Below are positions 17,197 through 31,158 of a stretch of DNA of 64,000 nt, one piece after another. The notes under the pieces were generated by a model that saw nothing but the letters and a program-made list of their open reading frames with translations, ran no database searches and was not told the origin of the DNA. The stretch is from a bacterium (GTDB lineage Bacteria > J088 > JAWLBW01): assembly GCA_041690355.1 (NCBI GenBank), contig JAWLHK010000005.1:62001-126000 (forward strand), given 5' to 3'. How positions within the stretch are numbered: the stretch's first letter is position 1; every line of letters starts with the position of its first letter. Position numbers and translations under genes: made by a program.

Positions 17197-17881
17197 CTGG
17201 TCGCTGGGCGATGGACGCTGGGCGCTGGGGGGATCCTGCTGCCGTAACGCTCCTCAGCCCAACCCGGCGAACGGATCGAAGTGACCGCTCGGAGGGAAAG
17301 GATGGCGATCAGGACAATGGCTCGGGTTCGCTCTCGGCTTTCAGGTACCGGAGAAGGCCGTGGATCATCCGGCCGATGGTCTGGATGCGCTCGCTGACAG
17401 AATGAACCTGCTCCGCGTCGACGAATCCCAGGGAGTGCGCGACCAGGAGCTGCGTCTCCAGCTCGTACAGGGAACCCCGGGAGACGCGGACGTGTTAGGA
17501 GAATTCACGCTTCGCGCCCCTTCCCTTGCCCTCGGCGATGTTCGAGGGGACGGAGACGGCCGCCTTTTCCATCTGCTGACAGAGGGAATACCGCTGATGC
17601 TGCGGAAAGGCAACCGTCAGGCGGTACACGTCGGCGACGAGCTTGAGCGACTCCTGCCACACTTCCAGATCCTTATACGACTTCCCCATCACAGCCTCCG
17701 AGCAGAGCGATGCACCCATCCAACTTCAGGCCCAAAGGTCCGCGCAGGCAATACCCAATTCATGGTATGTTTCCGCGCCCGGAGTGCACGCTGCTCTAGT
17801 TTCCCCAGCGCCCAGCGACCAGCACCCGTGGTTCACGCAGCCCTTGCTTCCCCAGCGCCCAGCGTCCAGCGACCAGCGCCC
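17197..17881. repeat. Inverted GCGCTGG-heptamer arrays bracketing the third four-helix gene
   Basis: 17197-17230 vs 17803-17826 and 17850-17881; 19-nt perfect inverted match CCCCAGCGCCCAGCGTCCA. Confidence 0.85.
17309..17689 (-). pseudogene. Third four helix bundle gene, interrupted by an in-frame TAA
   Basis: MGKSYKDLEVWQ...SNIAEGKGRGAKREFS*HVRVSRGSLYELETQL...LLRYLKAESEPEPLS; TAA at 17495-17497 aligns with a Tyr in the other copies. Confidence 0.85.
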
Positions 17882-17949
17882 AAAGGCCCCTCACTGGTGC
17901 ACCCCGGCCCCCCGCGGTAGAATATCGGAACCTTCCCAAAGCGTTCCCC

Positions 17950-18921
17950 ATGAATCCCCTCGGCACCCTGCTGCGTACGACTGAAGACCTCTTCGGCCAC
18001 GCGTGGTCGATCGGCGAACTGGCCGTCCTCTTCTCGCGCATCGAGGAAGTGCGCGGCGACCCCTATCTGAACGAGGTGCTCGACGATATCGAGCGGCGGG
18101 GCTTCTATCCGCAACTGCCGGTGCCCACGCTGACCGACCGCGGCGACGGATGGCTGCGGGGGAACAATCCGTACCGCCGGCTGGGGGATGGAAAACCGGA
18201 TCGCATTCTCGCCCGCCGCGTGCCGGTGGATCCGGAGACGCCGTCGCGGCGCCTCGTGGTCGTCTGTCACTGCTACGGCGTGCCACTCCCGAAAGTCATG
18301 GAGCGGCTCTTCGGGTTGCACACGATGCGGGACGTCGACGTGCTCTACAACATCATGAACCACCACGCCCTGGGGGATTTCCCCGTGTGGCCGGGGACGG
18401 GGTTCGCGAGTGCGCGGTTGTCGCATTTCATCGAGAACCTGCGCTCGGCCATCGCCGGCGTGCGCGGCCTGGTCGAACACCAACGGCTCGCCCACCGGTA
18501 CGACAGCGTGACCGTGGTCGGCTTCTCCATCGGCGGGCAGCTGGCGATGCACCTGTCGAACACGGGGGTGGTGGATTCGGCCGTGCTGTACTGTCCGGTG
18601 ACGAGCGTGCACCAGACGGCGCAGGAGCTCGGCGCCATGCGCTGGATCGTGCGGCCGCTCATCCAGGCGACGAGCCGGTTCAACGGGAACTTCGACCTAG
18701 AGGCCCTGCGCATCACCGAGCCGCTGCGCTACGACTCCCGCGTGCCGCAGGAGCGTACGCACGTCATCGCCCAGCGCCACGACGCCCTGACGCCGCTGCA
18801 CCAGCTGGAGTCGATCCGTCGCAAGTACCCGAACGTGCGCTGGCACGAATTCGGGGGAACGCATGTCGTTCCCGCCGGCCTGCGCGCCTTCCCGCGCATC
18901 ATCAGAGAAGCATTGCGCTAG
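17950..18921 (+). CDS. Alpha/beta-fold hydrolase
   Basis: GFSIGG nucleophile elbow; candidate Asp (RHDALTP) and His (GGTH). Confidence 0.8.
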   Translation: MNPLGTLLRTTEDLFGHAWSIGELAVLFSRIEEVRGDPYLNEVLDDIERRGFYPQLPVPTLTDRGDGWLRGNNPYRRLGDGKPDRILARRVPVDPETPSRRLVVVCHCYGVPLPKVMERLFGLHTMRDVDVLYNIMNHHALGDFPVWPGTGFASARLSHFIENLRSAIAGVRGLVEHQRLAHRYDSVTVVGFSIGGQLAMHLSNTGVVDSAVLYCPVTSVHQTAQELGAMRWIVRPLIQATSRFNGNFDLEALRITEPLRYDSRVPQERTHVIAQRHDALTPLHQLESIRRKYPNVRWHEFGGTHVVPAGLRAFPRIIREALR

Positions 18922-19102
18922 CGCGGCGCGCGCTGACGCGCGCCGCCGCGCATTCCGGATGTCTGATTCTTGATTCCTGAGCCGGCAAGGGCCGTGCCGG
19001 CAAGTACATTACGTCCAAGCCACCCTTCTCCTTACGAAGGAGAAGGGTCGACGGCGCCACAGCGCCGACGGGGATGAGGTGGCCGCCGCTCGCCTGCGGC
19101 GC

Positions 19103-21898
<2,796 letters not shown>

Positions 21899-22136
21899 GC
21901 TTTCCCCTTCGATCGTGCGTCTTTTCCGCTCGTTCCGGCCGGCGCCGTCGCGGGCAGACCGGTCGGCTTCATGGCCGGTCGGAGTCACGGAAAGACACGC
22001 CCGGCAGTTGGCTCCTGCCAGGCACAAACCGATATGATACCATAATCCGCTGGTGGGGGACTACCTGTGGAAGCAGGGTAACACATGGTTTTTACTGGCA
22101 ATTTACAATTTACGATTGACGATTGACGATTTGAAA

Positions 22137-22265
22137 CCGTTCGTCCCGAGCTGACGGGCTGAAACGGCAGTGGAAGCCGACAGCGAGGGGGCGCACTTGG
22201 ACTCCATGCGCCTGTCTCGCCGTCGCCGTCCGCCCTGCTCCCGGCCGTCGGTTCGACACGAACGG
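22137..22265 (+). repeat. Dispersed hairpin repeat, copy a (REP/MITE- or ncRNA-like)
   Basis: CCGTTCGTcc-CGAGCTGACGG...CCGTCGGTTCG-ac-ACGAACGG; related copies at ~23121, ~25438-25588 and 62800-62839. Confidence 0.75.
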
Positions 22266-22428
22266 AAACGCTTGGCGCTTTGCCAAGTTACGAGTTACGA
22301 GTTACGAGTGACGAGTTTCCGGCAAGGGCAGGAAACCACCTTGTCCTTGCCGGATCGGTGCTTGGCGCTCGGCGCTCGGCGCTCGACCTCAGGAATCAAG
22401 AATCAGGAATCAGGAATCCAGTCTCTCC

Positions 22429-23106
22429 GTGCGTATCCTCCTTTTCGACATCGACGGCACCCTGCTGCTCACCGGCGGCGTGGGGACGCGTGCGTTCGCC
22501 GAAGCCTTCCGGCAGCAGTACCGCAGCGAACCCGACATGACCTGCTACTCCCCCTGGGGGAACACAGACTACGAGATCGCGCGGTCGCTGCTCGCCTACC
22601 ACTTTCCCGACCGCGAAATCGAGGTCGCCGAGGTCGAGGCGCTGCTGGGCACCTATCTGGGGCTCTTCGGCGCCTCGCTCCCCGACGATTCCGGGTTCCG
22701 CCTGATGCCCGCGGCGCTCCGCTGCATCGAGGTTTTTGCGGAACAGCCGGACACCCTCGTCGGCGTCGCCACGGGGAATCTGTCGCGCGCGGCCGACCTG
22801 AAGCTGCGCCGCGGCGGCCTGCACCACTGGATCCGCTTCGGCGGCTATGCGGAAGACGGAGTCGAGCGGGCCGACATTCTGCGGGCGGCGCAGCGGCGCG
22901 CGCTCGACATCGCCGGCCGGGGCGATCACTCCTGGTGGGTCATCGGCGACACCCCGAAGGACATTCACGCGGCCCGCGCCATCGGCGCCCGGGTGGCGGC
23001 CGTGGCCACCGGCAAGTTCGGCCGCGATGACCTGGGCAAGCTGGGGCCCGACCTGCTGCTCGAGGACCTGACGTCGCTCTGCGCGGAACCAGGTCTTCTG
23101 GACTGA
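22429..23106 (+). CDS. HAD-superfamily hydrolase (phosphoglycolate phosphatase-like)
   Basis: FDIDGTL motif I, ATGN motif II, IGDTPKD motif IV. Confidence 0.92.
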   Translation: MRILLFDIDGTLLLTGGVGTRAFAEAFRQQYRSEPDMTCYSPWGNTDYEIARSLLAYHFPDREIEVAEVEALLGTYLGLFGASLPDDSGFRLMPAALRCIEVFAEQPDTLVGVATGNLSRAADLKLRRGGLHHWIRFGGYAEDGVERADILRAAQRRALDIAGRGDHSWWVIGDTPKDIHAARAIGARVAAVATGKFGRDDLGKLGPDLLLEDLTSLCAEPGLLD

Positions 23107-23365
23107 CGGGATCACTTTACTTCCGCCCTGAGCTGACGGGCGCGACCAGCGGAAGCGCCGACAGCGTGAGGGCGTCCATCCAAACCCTGTGGACCTTGCC
23201 TCGGGATTGGGCATTGACCATCGACCATTGATCATTCGCGCAGCGCAGCGCTCGCGTACACGCCGTCGTTTCCGGCGCTGCCTTCAACCGTCGGCGCAAC
23301 GCGGGAAGATACCCAGTCTTCTGCGTGACGCACGGTAAAGCAGCGGCGTCGGAGCCGGCGGGGCC

Positions 23366-25093
23366 TCAGGGCGTCAGCCCCTCACAGTCCTTCTCTGCCC
23401 GGCAGTAGAATGTCGTGAGTACATCGTCGGTTGCCGGTTCCGCATAGGTGTCCGAGGTGTCGGCTTTCAGAAGCAGCACGTCGGCATGCAGGCTGTGGAA
23501 GCGATAATCGAAAGCATAGCTGTAGCTCTTCTCTGCGCCGGGCACCTGAGCGAAAAAGCCGATCTGGCCCTCGGTTGCAAATGCAGCGACACTTGTAGAG
23601 TCCTCGGGCGGATAGCGGGTGGTACCGAGCTGTACGGCGTCCCGGGTGATCGACAGCGTGCTTGCGGGCGACGCTTTCTGCAACGAGCCGCCGAGGAGAA
23701 GATAAAGTTCGTAGTTGCCCAGGAGCCCCTCGTCAATTTCACCGGATGGAGCTGGCGGGACGGCGACGCAGATGCCGTTCTCATCCGTGTTCGGGCAAGT
23801 CAGGAGCCGATTGCCGGCATTGAGATAGTTCTTCGGCGGCAGGGTAATCGAGGCTGCTTTCGGAAATTTGAGAGCCACGACGCCGCTTGCGTAGACAAGA
23901 AGTTCGGCGACGCCATCGCCATCCAGGTCGGCCGGCGTTACGGCGCGCAGATCACTCCTGCCTTTGAGCGCCCAGAGCCGCTGCCTGAAATCCGGTCCCT
24001 TGTACGCAAGCAGATAGGGGGGCAGATTCACCAGCGCATCCCCTACGGCATCGCCGTCGACATCCACCAGGTCGATGTCTGCTTCACCCCCACCGGACGT
24101 AAGAGGCGTGTACGTATGGCCCACCGTGCAGTCCAAAGCGTTATCACGGAGTTCACACGTCGAGATATCCTTGTCGCCGCCGCGATCGACCACCAGATTT
24201 CCCTTGGCATCGACCACCTTCAGGCAACCGTCGGGTTGGCACGCGATGAACAGCTCGGCGTCCGTGCCACCCGAACGCCGCACAAGAACGACGGCAAGCA
24301 CCTTCGCATCGTTTTCCAGCTCCACCCGCCAGCGCTCACTGCCGGCCACCGGATCGACTAGGAGCAGGGTATTTTCGCCCCAGACCACCAGGCTGGCGGG
24401 ATCATCGTCGGTAAGCCGATCAATGAAAGCGCCTTGAATGTGGAACCCGACGGAGTTGCGCCACAGGTAGTCGGGCTGAAACGGGTTCGCGACGGAGACG
24501 CCGGGGGGTGCGGTCACCGGCATCGCCCCGAGATACCGACCCTCGGCGACGATGATCTCCTGCCGGCCGGCGCCGTCAACATCGAATGCAAGCGATCGGT
24601 CGACACTGCCTATACCATACCCGACGGTTTCATCGAGCAAGGTGCGGGTAGAACCAAATCTGTCGAGTTGTTCCAGCGTTCCATTGCCATCCACGTCGAC
24701 CAGCTGGGTAACGTCAAACTGATTCTCGGCGACCATCTGGCCGGATGCCAGGTCCAGCCATGTGGTACCGGCGATCACGAGCGGTTTTCCCGTACCCAGC
24801 AGATCCGCGGCCAGCAAAGGCCCCCACCCTGTCGAGGCCGGGAATGTATAGGTCCAGATCGGCGCGCCCGTGGCGCCGTTGAGGCTGGAGATTTCTCTCG
24901 GGGAGACTGAAATGACGTCATCTTTGCCGTCGCCATTGATGTCGACGACCAGCGGATGCTCTTCGGGTGACGTGTCCCCATGCTGCCAGAGAAGAACCGG
25001 CGGATTCGTGGGCCCCTCGGGGTTGGCGGCTTCCTGGGTGCAGGCAGACAGCGCGGCGACGAACAGGATGGGCATGAGCGCGAACTTGTACAT
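23366..25093 (-). CDS. Lipoprotein with FG-GAP/PQQ-like beta-propeller repeats
   Basis: Lipobox ALSAC; DINGDGKDDVI, DVDGNGTLE, DLDGDGVAELL; ATGAPIW and GSERW propeller motifs. Confidence 0.8.
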   Translation of the reverse strand: MYKFALMPILFVAALSACTQEAANPEGPTNPPVLLWQHGDTSPEEHPLVVDINGDGKDDVISVSPREISSLNGATGAPIWTYTFPASTGWGPLLAADLLGTGKPLVIAGTTWLDLASGQMVAENQFDVTQLVDVDGNGTLEQLDRFGSTRTLLDETVGYGIGSVDRSLAFDVDGAGRQEIIVAEGRYLGAMPVTAPPGVSVANPFQPDYLWRNSVGFHIQGAFIDRLTDDDPASLVVWGENTLLLVDPVAGSERWRVELENDAKVLAVVLVRRSGGTDAELFIACQPDGCLKVVDAKGNLVVDRGGDKDISTCELRDNALDCTVGHTYTPLTSGGGEADIDLVDVDGDAVGDALVNLPPYLLAYKGPDFRQRLWALKGRSDLRAVTPADLDGDGVAELLVYASGVVALKFPKAASITLPPKNYLNAGNRLLTCPNTDENGICVAVPPAPSGEIDEGLLGNYELYLLLGGSLQKASPASTLSITRDAVQLGTTRYPPEDSTSVAAFATEGQIGFFAQVPGAEKSYSYAFDYRFHSLHADVLLLKADTSDTYAEPATDDVLTTFYCRAEKDCEGLTP

Positions 25094-25296
25094 CAGAGCA
25101 TTCCTCCATCGTGAGGGCACGGGCAACTGACAACCCCCGTATCACAGAATGCTACCGTACGGGAGCAGGGAATGCCAACGCTCAGGGGTACGATACTTCC
25201 GCCATGCGGAACCTACTGTGGCGGGCGCGCCAGGAGGGTGCCGGTCGCGGGTCACTCAAAGTTCGTAAGGACCGCGCTCTTGTTGCATCCTCCTGT

Positions 25297-25347
25297 ACCT
25301 GCTGCTCGAGGACCTCACCTCCCTCTGCGCGGAACCAGGTCTGCTGG
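25297..25347 (+). repeat. Duplicate of the HAD gene 3' end (23051-23101)
   Basis: 47/51 nt identical; all four differences are synonymous third positions (LLLEDLTSLCAEPGLL). Confidence 0.9.
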
Positions 25348-25817
25348 GACGCTGGACGCTGGTCGCTGGGCGCTGGGGTGCCAGTCGTCAGTCGTCGGTC
25401 CAATTGACCATCGACCATTGATCATCCGCGCAGCGACCTCCCGCCCCGAGCTGACGGGCTGAAACGGAAGTGGAAGCCGACAGCGAGGGAGCTCTCCAGG
25501 GTGTCCTCGCGCCTGTCTCGCCGTCGCGGAACCTGTCCCGACGCATGGAGGGAGGCGCTGCCTTCCACCGTCGGCTCGACACGAACGGAATGCTGGATGC
25601 CAGGCTCTCTCGCTCGCGTTCACGCCGTCGTTTCCGGCGCTGCCTTCAACCGTCGGTTCAACGCGGGAAGATCCCTGTTCTGGTCTTGCCCTTGCTTCAA
25701 TCCCCCCCTCTCCCACTCCCCCGCTCCCCCCCTCCGGTCTGGTCCACGGCCGAAGATCCCGGTTCACAACTTCCCCATCGTGATCCATAATGGACGCGCT
25801 CCAAGGATCCACAACCG

Positions 25818-27812
25818 ATGCGCAACCAGCCGGCCGGAGGCAGACAACGAGTCATTCTCGAGGACCTGCAACCAGAGATTGACGGCGGAAAATTCCCCAT
25901 CAAGCGCGTGCTCGGCGAGTCGGTCACCGTCGAGGTCGACGCGTTCACCGACGGCCACGAGGCGTTGACGTGTATCCTCCTGTTCCGCCTCGAAGGGGAA
26001 GAGGAGTGGCGCTCGCTCGCCCTGCTCCCCCTCGCCAACGACCGCTGGCAGGGGGGCTTCGAGGTCGCCTCCCTGGGGCGCTGGCGCTACACCGTGCGCG
26101 GCTGGGTCGACCCCTTCCGCACGTGGCAGCGCGACCTCGCCAAGCGCCTCGCGGCCGGCCAGGACCTCGCGGTGGACTATCTGATCGGCGCCGAGCTGCT
26201 GGAAGAGACCGCACGCCGCGCCGACCCTGACGCCGCCCGCAAGCTGCGCGAGAGCGCCGAGGCCCTGCGCTCGCCTCTCACGGAAGAGAAGAGCCGCGTG
26301 GCCCTCGACCCCGCCCTGCTCGATCTGGCGGCCCGTTTTCCCGACCCGGAGACCGTCGTCAGCTGGCCGCGCGAGCTCGGCGTCGTGGTCGATCCCGAGC
26401 GGGCGCGCTTTTCGGCCTGGTACGAATTCTTCCCCCGGTCCGCCGCCGAGGAGCCGGGGCGCCACGGCACCCTCGCCGACGCCGAGCGCTGGCTCCCCGA
26501 CATCCACACGATGGGCTTCGACGTCGTCTATCTTCCGCCCATTCACCCCATCGGGAGCACGAAGCGCAAAGGCCCCAACAATGCCCTCACGGCGGGCCCC
26601 GAAGATCCCGGCAGCCCCTGGGCCATCGGCGCGGCCGAAGGGGGGCACACCGCCGTGCACCCCGAGCTGGGGACCGTGGAGGATCTGCGCACTTTCGTCG
26701 CGGCGGCGCGCGAGCTCGGCATCGACACGGCCCTCGACATCGCCTTTCAATGTTCTCCCGATCACCCGTGGGTGCGCGATCATCCGCAATGGTTCCGCAA
26801 GCGGCCCGACAACACGATTCAGTACGCCGAAAATCCGCCCAAGAAGTACGAAGATATCTACCCCTTCGACTTCGAGAGCGAAGACTGGCCCGCGCTCTGG
26901 GAGGCCCTGCGCGACGTCTTCCTCTTCTGGATCGAGCAGGGGGTGCGCGTGTTTCGCGTCGACAATCCGCACACGAAGCCGTTCCCCTTCTGGGCCTGGC
27001 TCATTCCCGAGGTGAAGGCGCGGCATCCGGAGACGATCTTTCTCTCCGAGGCCTTCACGCGGCCCAAGCCGATGTACTACCTGGCCAAGCTCGGTTTCAC
27101 GCAGTCGTACAACTACTTTCCCTGGCGCAACGTGAAGTGGGAGATCGAGCAGTACTTCACCGAGCTGACGCAGACGCCGGTGCGCGAATTCTTCCGTCCG
27201 AACCTGTGGCCGAACACGCCTGACATCCTGACGGAATACCTGCAGCACGGCGGGCGCCCCGCGTTCGTCATCCGCCTGGCGCTCGCGGCCACGCTGGGGG
27301 CGAGTTACGGCCTCTACGGACCCGCTTTCGAGCTCTACGAACATGCGGCGCGCAAGGCGGGAACCGAAGAGTACCTGGACTCCGAGAAGTACGAGATCCG
27401 CCGCTGGGACCGCGACCGCCCCGACAGCCTCGCCCCGTTGATCGCCCGCATCAACCGCATCCGCCGCGAGAATCCGGCCCTGCAGACGAACGCCACCCTG
27501 CGCTTTCACGGCATCGACAACGGCGAGCTCGTCTGCTACAGCAAGACGACTCCGGCGCTCGACAACGTCATGCTCATGATCGTCAACCTCAACCCGCACC
27601 ACCGGCACGCCGGGTGGACGTCGCTCGACCTCGACGCCCTCGGGCTGGCGGCCGACCAGGCCTACGAGGTGCACGACCTGGTCAGCGATGCGCGCTATCT
27701 GTGGCAGGGGGGCCGCAACTTCGTCGAGCTGAACCCGCACGTGCTGCCCGCGCACATCTTCCGCGTGCGCCGTCGCATCCGCCACGAACAGGACTTTGAA
27801 TACTATACGTAA
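25818..27812 (+). CDS. glgE: Alpha-1,4-glucan:maltose-1-phosphate maltosyltransferase
   Basis: [54 protein letters not shown]. Confidence 0.97.
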   Translation: MRNQPAGGRQRVILEDLQPEIDGGKFPIKRVLGESVTVEVDAFTDGHEALTCILLFRLEGEEEWRSLALLPLANDRWQGGFEVASLGRWRYTVRGWVDPFRTWQRDLAKRLAAGQDLAVDYLIGAELLEETARRADPDAARKLRESAEALRSPLTEEKSRVALDPALLDLAARFPDPETVVSWPRELGVVVDPERARFSAWYEFFPRSAAEEPGRHGTLADAERWLPDIHTMGFDVVYLPPIHPIGSTKRKGPNNALTAGPEDPGSPWAIGAAEGGHTAVHPELGTVEDLRTFVAAARELGIDTALDIAFQCSPDHPWVRDHPQWFRKRPDNTIQYAENPPKKYEDIYPFDFESEDWPALWEALRDVFLFWIEQGVRVFRVDNPHTKPFPFWAWLIPEVKARHPETIFLSEAFTRPKPMYYLAKLGFTQSYNYFPWRNVKWEIEQYFTELTQTPVREFFRPNLWPNTPDILTEYLQHGGRPAFVIRLALAATLGASYGLYGPAFELYEHAARKAGTEEYLDSEKYEIRRWDRDRPDSLAPLIARINRIRRENPALQTNATLRFHGIDNGELVCYSKTTPALDNVMLMIVNLNPHHRHAGWTSLDLDALGLAADQAYEVHDLVSDARYLWQGGRNFVELNPHVLPAHIFRVRRRIRHEQDFEYYT

Positions 27813-27835
27813 CCCGCAAGGAGCAAGGCCGGCAC

Positions 27836-30800
27836 ATGCCGATCGACGACAATCCGCTCTGGTACAAAGACGCGATCATCTATGAAGTGCACGTGCGGGC
27901 CTTTTTCGACTCGAACGGCGACGGGATCGGTGACTTTCCCGGCCTGACGAGCCGCCTCGACTACCTGCAGGATCTCGGGGTGACGGCGCTCTGGCTGCTC
28001 CCCTTCTATCCGTCACCCCTGCGCGACGACGGCTATGACACGGCCGACTACACGGCCATCCACCCCGCCTACGGCACGATGAACGACTTCCGCGTCTTCC
28101 TGCGCGAGGCGCACCGGCGGGGCCTGCGGGTCATCACCGAGCTGGTCGTCAACCATACGTCCGATCAGCACCCCTGGTTCCAGCGCGCCCGGCGCGCCCG
28201 TCCGGGAACGGCGGCCCGCGACTTCTACGTGTGGAGCGACACGCCCGAGAAGTACGGCGAGACGCGCATCATCTTTCAGGACTACGAGACCTCGAACTGG
28301 ACGTGGGACCCCGTGGCGCAGTCCTACTACTGGCACCGCTTCTTTCACCACCAGCCCGATCTCAACTACGACAATCCCCAGGTGCGCAAAGCCATCTTCA
28401 AGGTACTCGACTTCTGGATGAACCTGGGGGTCGACGGCATGCGGCTCGACGCCGTGCCCTACCTCTTCGAGCGCGAGGGAACGAACTGCGAAAATCTGCC
28501 CGAGACGCACGCCTTTCTCAAGGATCTGCGGCGGCACGTCGATCAGCGCTACCGCAACCGCATGTTTCTCGCCGAGGCGAACCAGTGGCCCGAAGACGCC
28601 GTCGCCTATCTGGGGGATGAGTGCCACATGGCCTTTCACTTCCCCGTCATGCCGCGCATGTTCATGGCGGTGCGCATGGAAGACCGGTTCCCCATCGTCG
28701 ACATTCTCGAACAGACGCCGGCGATTCCTGAGACGAACCAGTGGGCCCTTTTCCTGCGGAATCATGACGAGCTGACCCTCGAGATGGTCACCGACGAAGA
28801 GCGCGACTACATGTACCGCGTCTACGCCCACGAGAGCGAGGCGCGCATCAACGTGGGCATCCGCCGCCGCCTCGCGCCGCTCATGAACAACCAGCGCCGC
28901 AAGCTCGAACTCATGAACGGCCTGCTCTTCTCGATGCCGGGCACGCCGATCCTCTACTACGGAGATGAGATCGGCCTGGGCGACAACATCTATCTCGGCG
29001 ACCGCAACGGCGTGCGCACCCCCATGCAGTGGAACGGGGATCGCAACGCGGGATTCTCGACGGCGAATCCGCAGAAGCTCTTTCTTCCGGTCAACATCGA
29101 CCCCGAGTACCACTACGAGGCCGTCAACGTCGAGGCACAGCAGAAAAATCCGCAGTCGCTGCTCTGGTGGCAGAAGCGCCTCATTGCCCTGCGCAAGCAT
29201 TACAAGGCCTTCAGCCGGGGGAGCATCGAGTTTCTGCATCCGGAGAACATGAAGGTGCTCGCCTTCATCCGCGAATTCGAGGATGAGCGGATTCTGGTGG
29301 TCGCCAACCTGTCGCGCTTCGCCCAATATGCGGAACTGGACCTCTCGCCCTGGGCCGGGAGCACGCCGGTCGAACTCTTCGGCCACACCGAATTTCCCCC
29401 CGTGATCGCCGACCGCCCCTACCTGCTGACCTTGAGCCCGCACGGTTTTCTCTGGTTCCACCTGCAGGCCGCGCGCGAACCGGCCGAGGTGGCGCCAACG
29501 CTACCGCGGCTCTCCATCGACGGCGCCTGGGGCCAGCTGTTCACGCGCGAGCGCAAGGCGCCCCTCGAACGCCTGCTGCCCGACTACCTGAACGAGGTGC
29601 GCTGGTTCAGCGCCAAGGCGCGGCGCATCAAGGGGGTGACCCTGCGCGACGTCGTCGTGATCCCCGGCGCCGCCGTCGAACCGCGCCTGCTCGTGCTGCA
29701 CGTCGAGTTCCGCGAGGGCGACCCGCTCGAGTATCTGCTCCCCGTCACGTACGTCACCGGCAAGGCGGCGCGCGACGCGCGGGAGCACCACCGGCCGGCC
29801 ATCCTTGCCGAAGTGGCGGCCCGCGAGGGCGGCCGCAACGGCGAAGGGCTGCTCGTCGACGCCTCCATCGATCCGCACTTCGGCGAACAGCTGCTCGCCG
29901 CCATGGAGCGCCGCCGCGTGTTCCGCGGATTCGAGGGCGAGGTCACCGCCTGGTCGTCGCGGGCCTACCGGCAGCTGCGCGGCGCCGAGCCCATCCCCGC
30001 GACCGTGCTGCGGGCCGAGCAGAGCAACACCTCGATCGTCTTCGGCGATCGGTTCATTCTCAAGCTCATCCGGCGCATGGAGGCCGGCGAGAACCCCGAG
30101 CTCGAAATCGGCCGGTTTCTCACCGATCGCCGCGAAGGGGTCAACGTGCCCGCCGTCGCCGGCGCCCTCGAGTACCGCAGAGCGAAGGAAGAGCCGATCA
30201 CGCTCGGCATCCTCGAGACCTTCGTCCCCAACGAGGGCAACGCCTGGGACTACACGCTCGACGAGCTCGGCCGCTTCTTCGAACGCGCCCTGGCGCTGGC
30301 CCGCTCGGGCGACGGCGACCCCGAGCCGCCCCCGTCGATGCTCTCGTGCATCGATCTGCCGGCCCCCGATCAGTACCTCGTGCTGACCGACACCTTCTAC
30401 GAAAACCTGCGCCTGCTCGGGATCCGCACGGCCGAGTTTCACAAGGCCCTCGCCTCCGATCCCGATCACCTGCACTTCAGGCCCGAGCCGTTCACGACGC
30501 TCTACCAGCGCGGCGTCTACCAGTCGCTGCGCAACTCGACCAGCCAGCTCTTTCAGCAGCTGCGCCGACGCCTGCGCACCCTGCCCGACTCTGCCCGGGC
30601 CGACGCCGAAGCCGTGCTGGGGCTCGAAAACCGCATCCTCGAAAAGTTCCGCGGGCTGCTCGACGTCAAGGTCGAGGCGACGCGCCTGCGCGTGCACGGT
30701 GACTACCACCTGGGGCAGGTGCTCTACACGGGCAAGGACTTCGTCATCATCGACTTCGAGGGCGAGCCGCTGCGCAGCGTCACCGAGCGGCGCATCAAGC

Positions 30801-31144
30801 GATCGCCGCTGCGCGACGTCGCCGGCATGATGCGCAGCTTTCACTACGCCGTGCGCAGCTGGTGCTTTCTCGAAACCGGCCAGGGGCTCATCCGCGACGA
30901 AGAGCAGCCCGACTACCAGGCCTGGGCGCGCTACTGGTACCAGTGGACCTCGGGGGTCTTTCTCGCGGCCTATCTCGAAGCCGTCGGCGAGGCCTCGTTC
31001 ATCCCGAAGCAGCGCCGCGAGCTGTCCGTGCTGCTCGACAGCTACCTGCTCGAGAAGGCCGTCTACGAGCTCGCCTACGAACTGAACAACCGCCCCTCGT
31101 GGATCCGCATTCCCCTCGAAGGGCTTCAGGATCTCGTCGCCTGA
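27836..31144 (+). CDS. treS: Trehalose synthase fused to maltokinase (TreS-Mak/Pep2)
   Basis: [35 protein letters not shown]-terminal [20 protein letters not shown] kinase motifs. Confidence 0.97.
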   Translation: MPIDDNPLWYKDAIIYEVHVRAFFDSNGDGIGDFPGLTSRLDYLQDLGVTALWLLPFYPSPLRDDGYDTADYTAIHPAYGTMNDFRVFLREAHRRGLRVITELVVNHTSDQHPWFQRARRARPGTAARDFYVWSDTPEKYGETRIIFQDYETSNWTWDPVAQSYYWHRFFHHQPDLNYDNPQVRKAIFKVLDFWMNLGVDGMRLDAVPYLFEREGTNCENLPETHAFLKDLRRHVDQRYRNRMFLAEANQWPEDAVAYLGDECHMAFHFPVMPRMFMAVRMEDRFPIVDILEQTPAIPETNQWALFLRNHDELTLEMVTDEERDYMYRVYAHESEARINVGIRRRLAPLMNNQRRKLELMNGLLFSMPGTPILYYGDEIGLGDNIYLGDRNGVRTPMQWNGDRNAGFSTANPQKLFLPVNIDPEYHYEAVNVEAQQKNPQSLLWWQKRLIALRKHYKAFSRGSIEFLHPENMKVLAFIREFEDERILVVANLSRFAQYAELDLSPWAGSTPVELFGHTEFPPVIADRPYLLTLSPHGFLWFHLQAAREPAEVAPTLPRLSIDGAWGQLFTRERKAPLERLLPDYLNEVRWFSAKARRIKGVTLRDVVVIPGAAVEPRLLVLHVEFREGDPLEYLLPVTYVTGKAARDAREHHRPAILAEVAAREGGRNGEGLLVDASIDPHFGEQLLAAMERRRVFRGFEGEVTAWSSRAYRQLRGAEPIPATVLRAEQSNTSIVFGDRFILKLIRRMEAGENPELEIGRFLTDRREGVNVPAVAGALEYRRAKEEPITLGILETFVPNEGNAWDYTLDELGRFFERALALARSGDGDPEPPPSMLSCIDLPAPDQYLVLTDTFYENLRLLGIRTAEFHKALASDPDHLHFRPEPFTTLYQRGVYQSLRNSTSQLFQQLRRRLRTLPDSARADAEAVLGLENRILEKFRGLLDVKVEATRLRVHGDYHLGQVLYTGKDFVIIDFEGEPLRSVTERRIKRSPLRDVAGMMRSFHYAVRSWCFLETGQGLIRDEEQPDYQAWARYWYQWTSGVFLAAYLEAVGEASFIPKQRRELSVLLDSYLLEKAVYELAYELNNRPSWIRIPLEGLQDLVA

Positions 31145-31158
31145 GGACAGCCGCCGCC

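Noticed and set aside
17495-17497. Programmed readthrough or recoding of the in-frame stop
   Set aside because: TAA is used as a normal stop elsewhere in the window; a single TAC-to-TAA change or a sequencing error is simpler
22100-22420. CRISPR array
   Set aside because: Repeats are contiguous 7-nt units with no unique spacers of constant length; no cas genes
27836-31144. TreS-maltokinase fusion as a novelty
   Set aside because: Well-known fusion in GlgE-pathway operons
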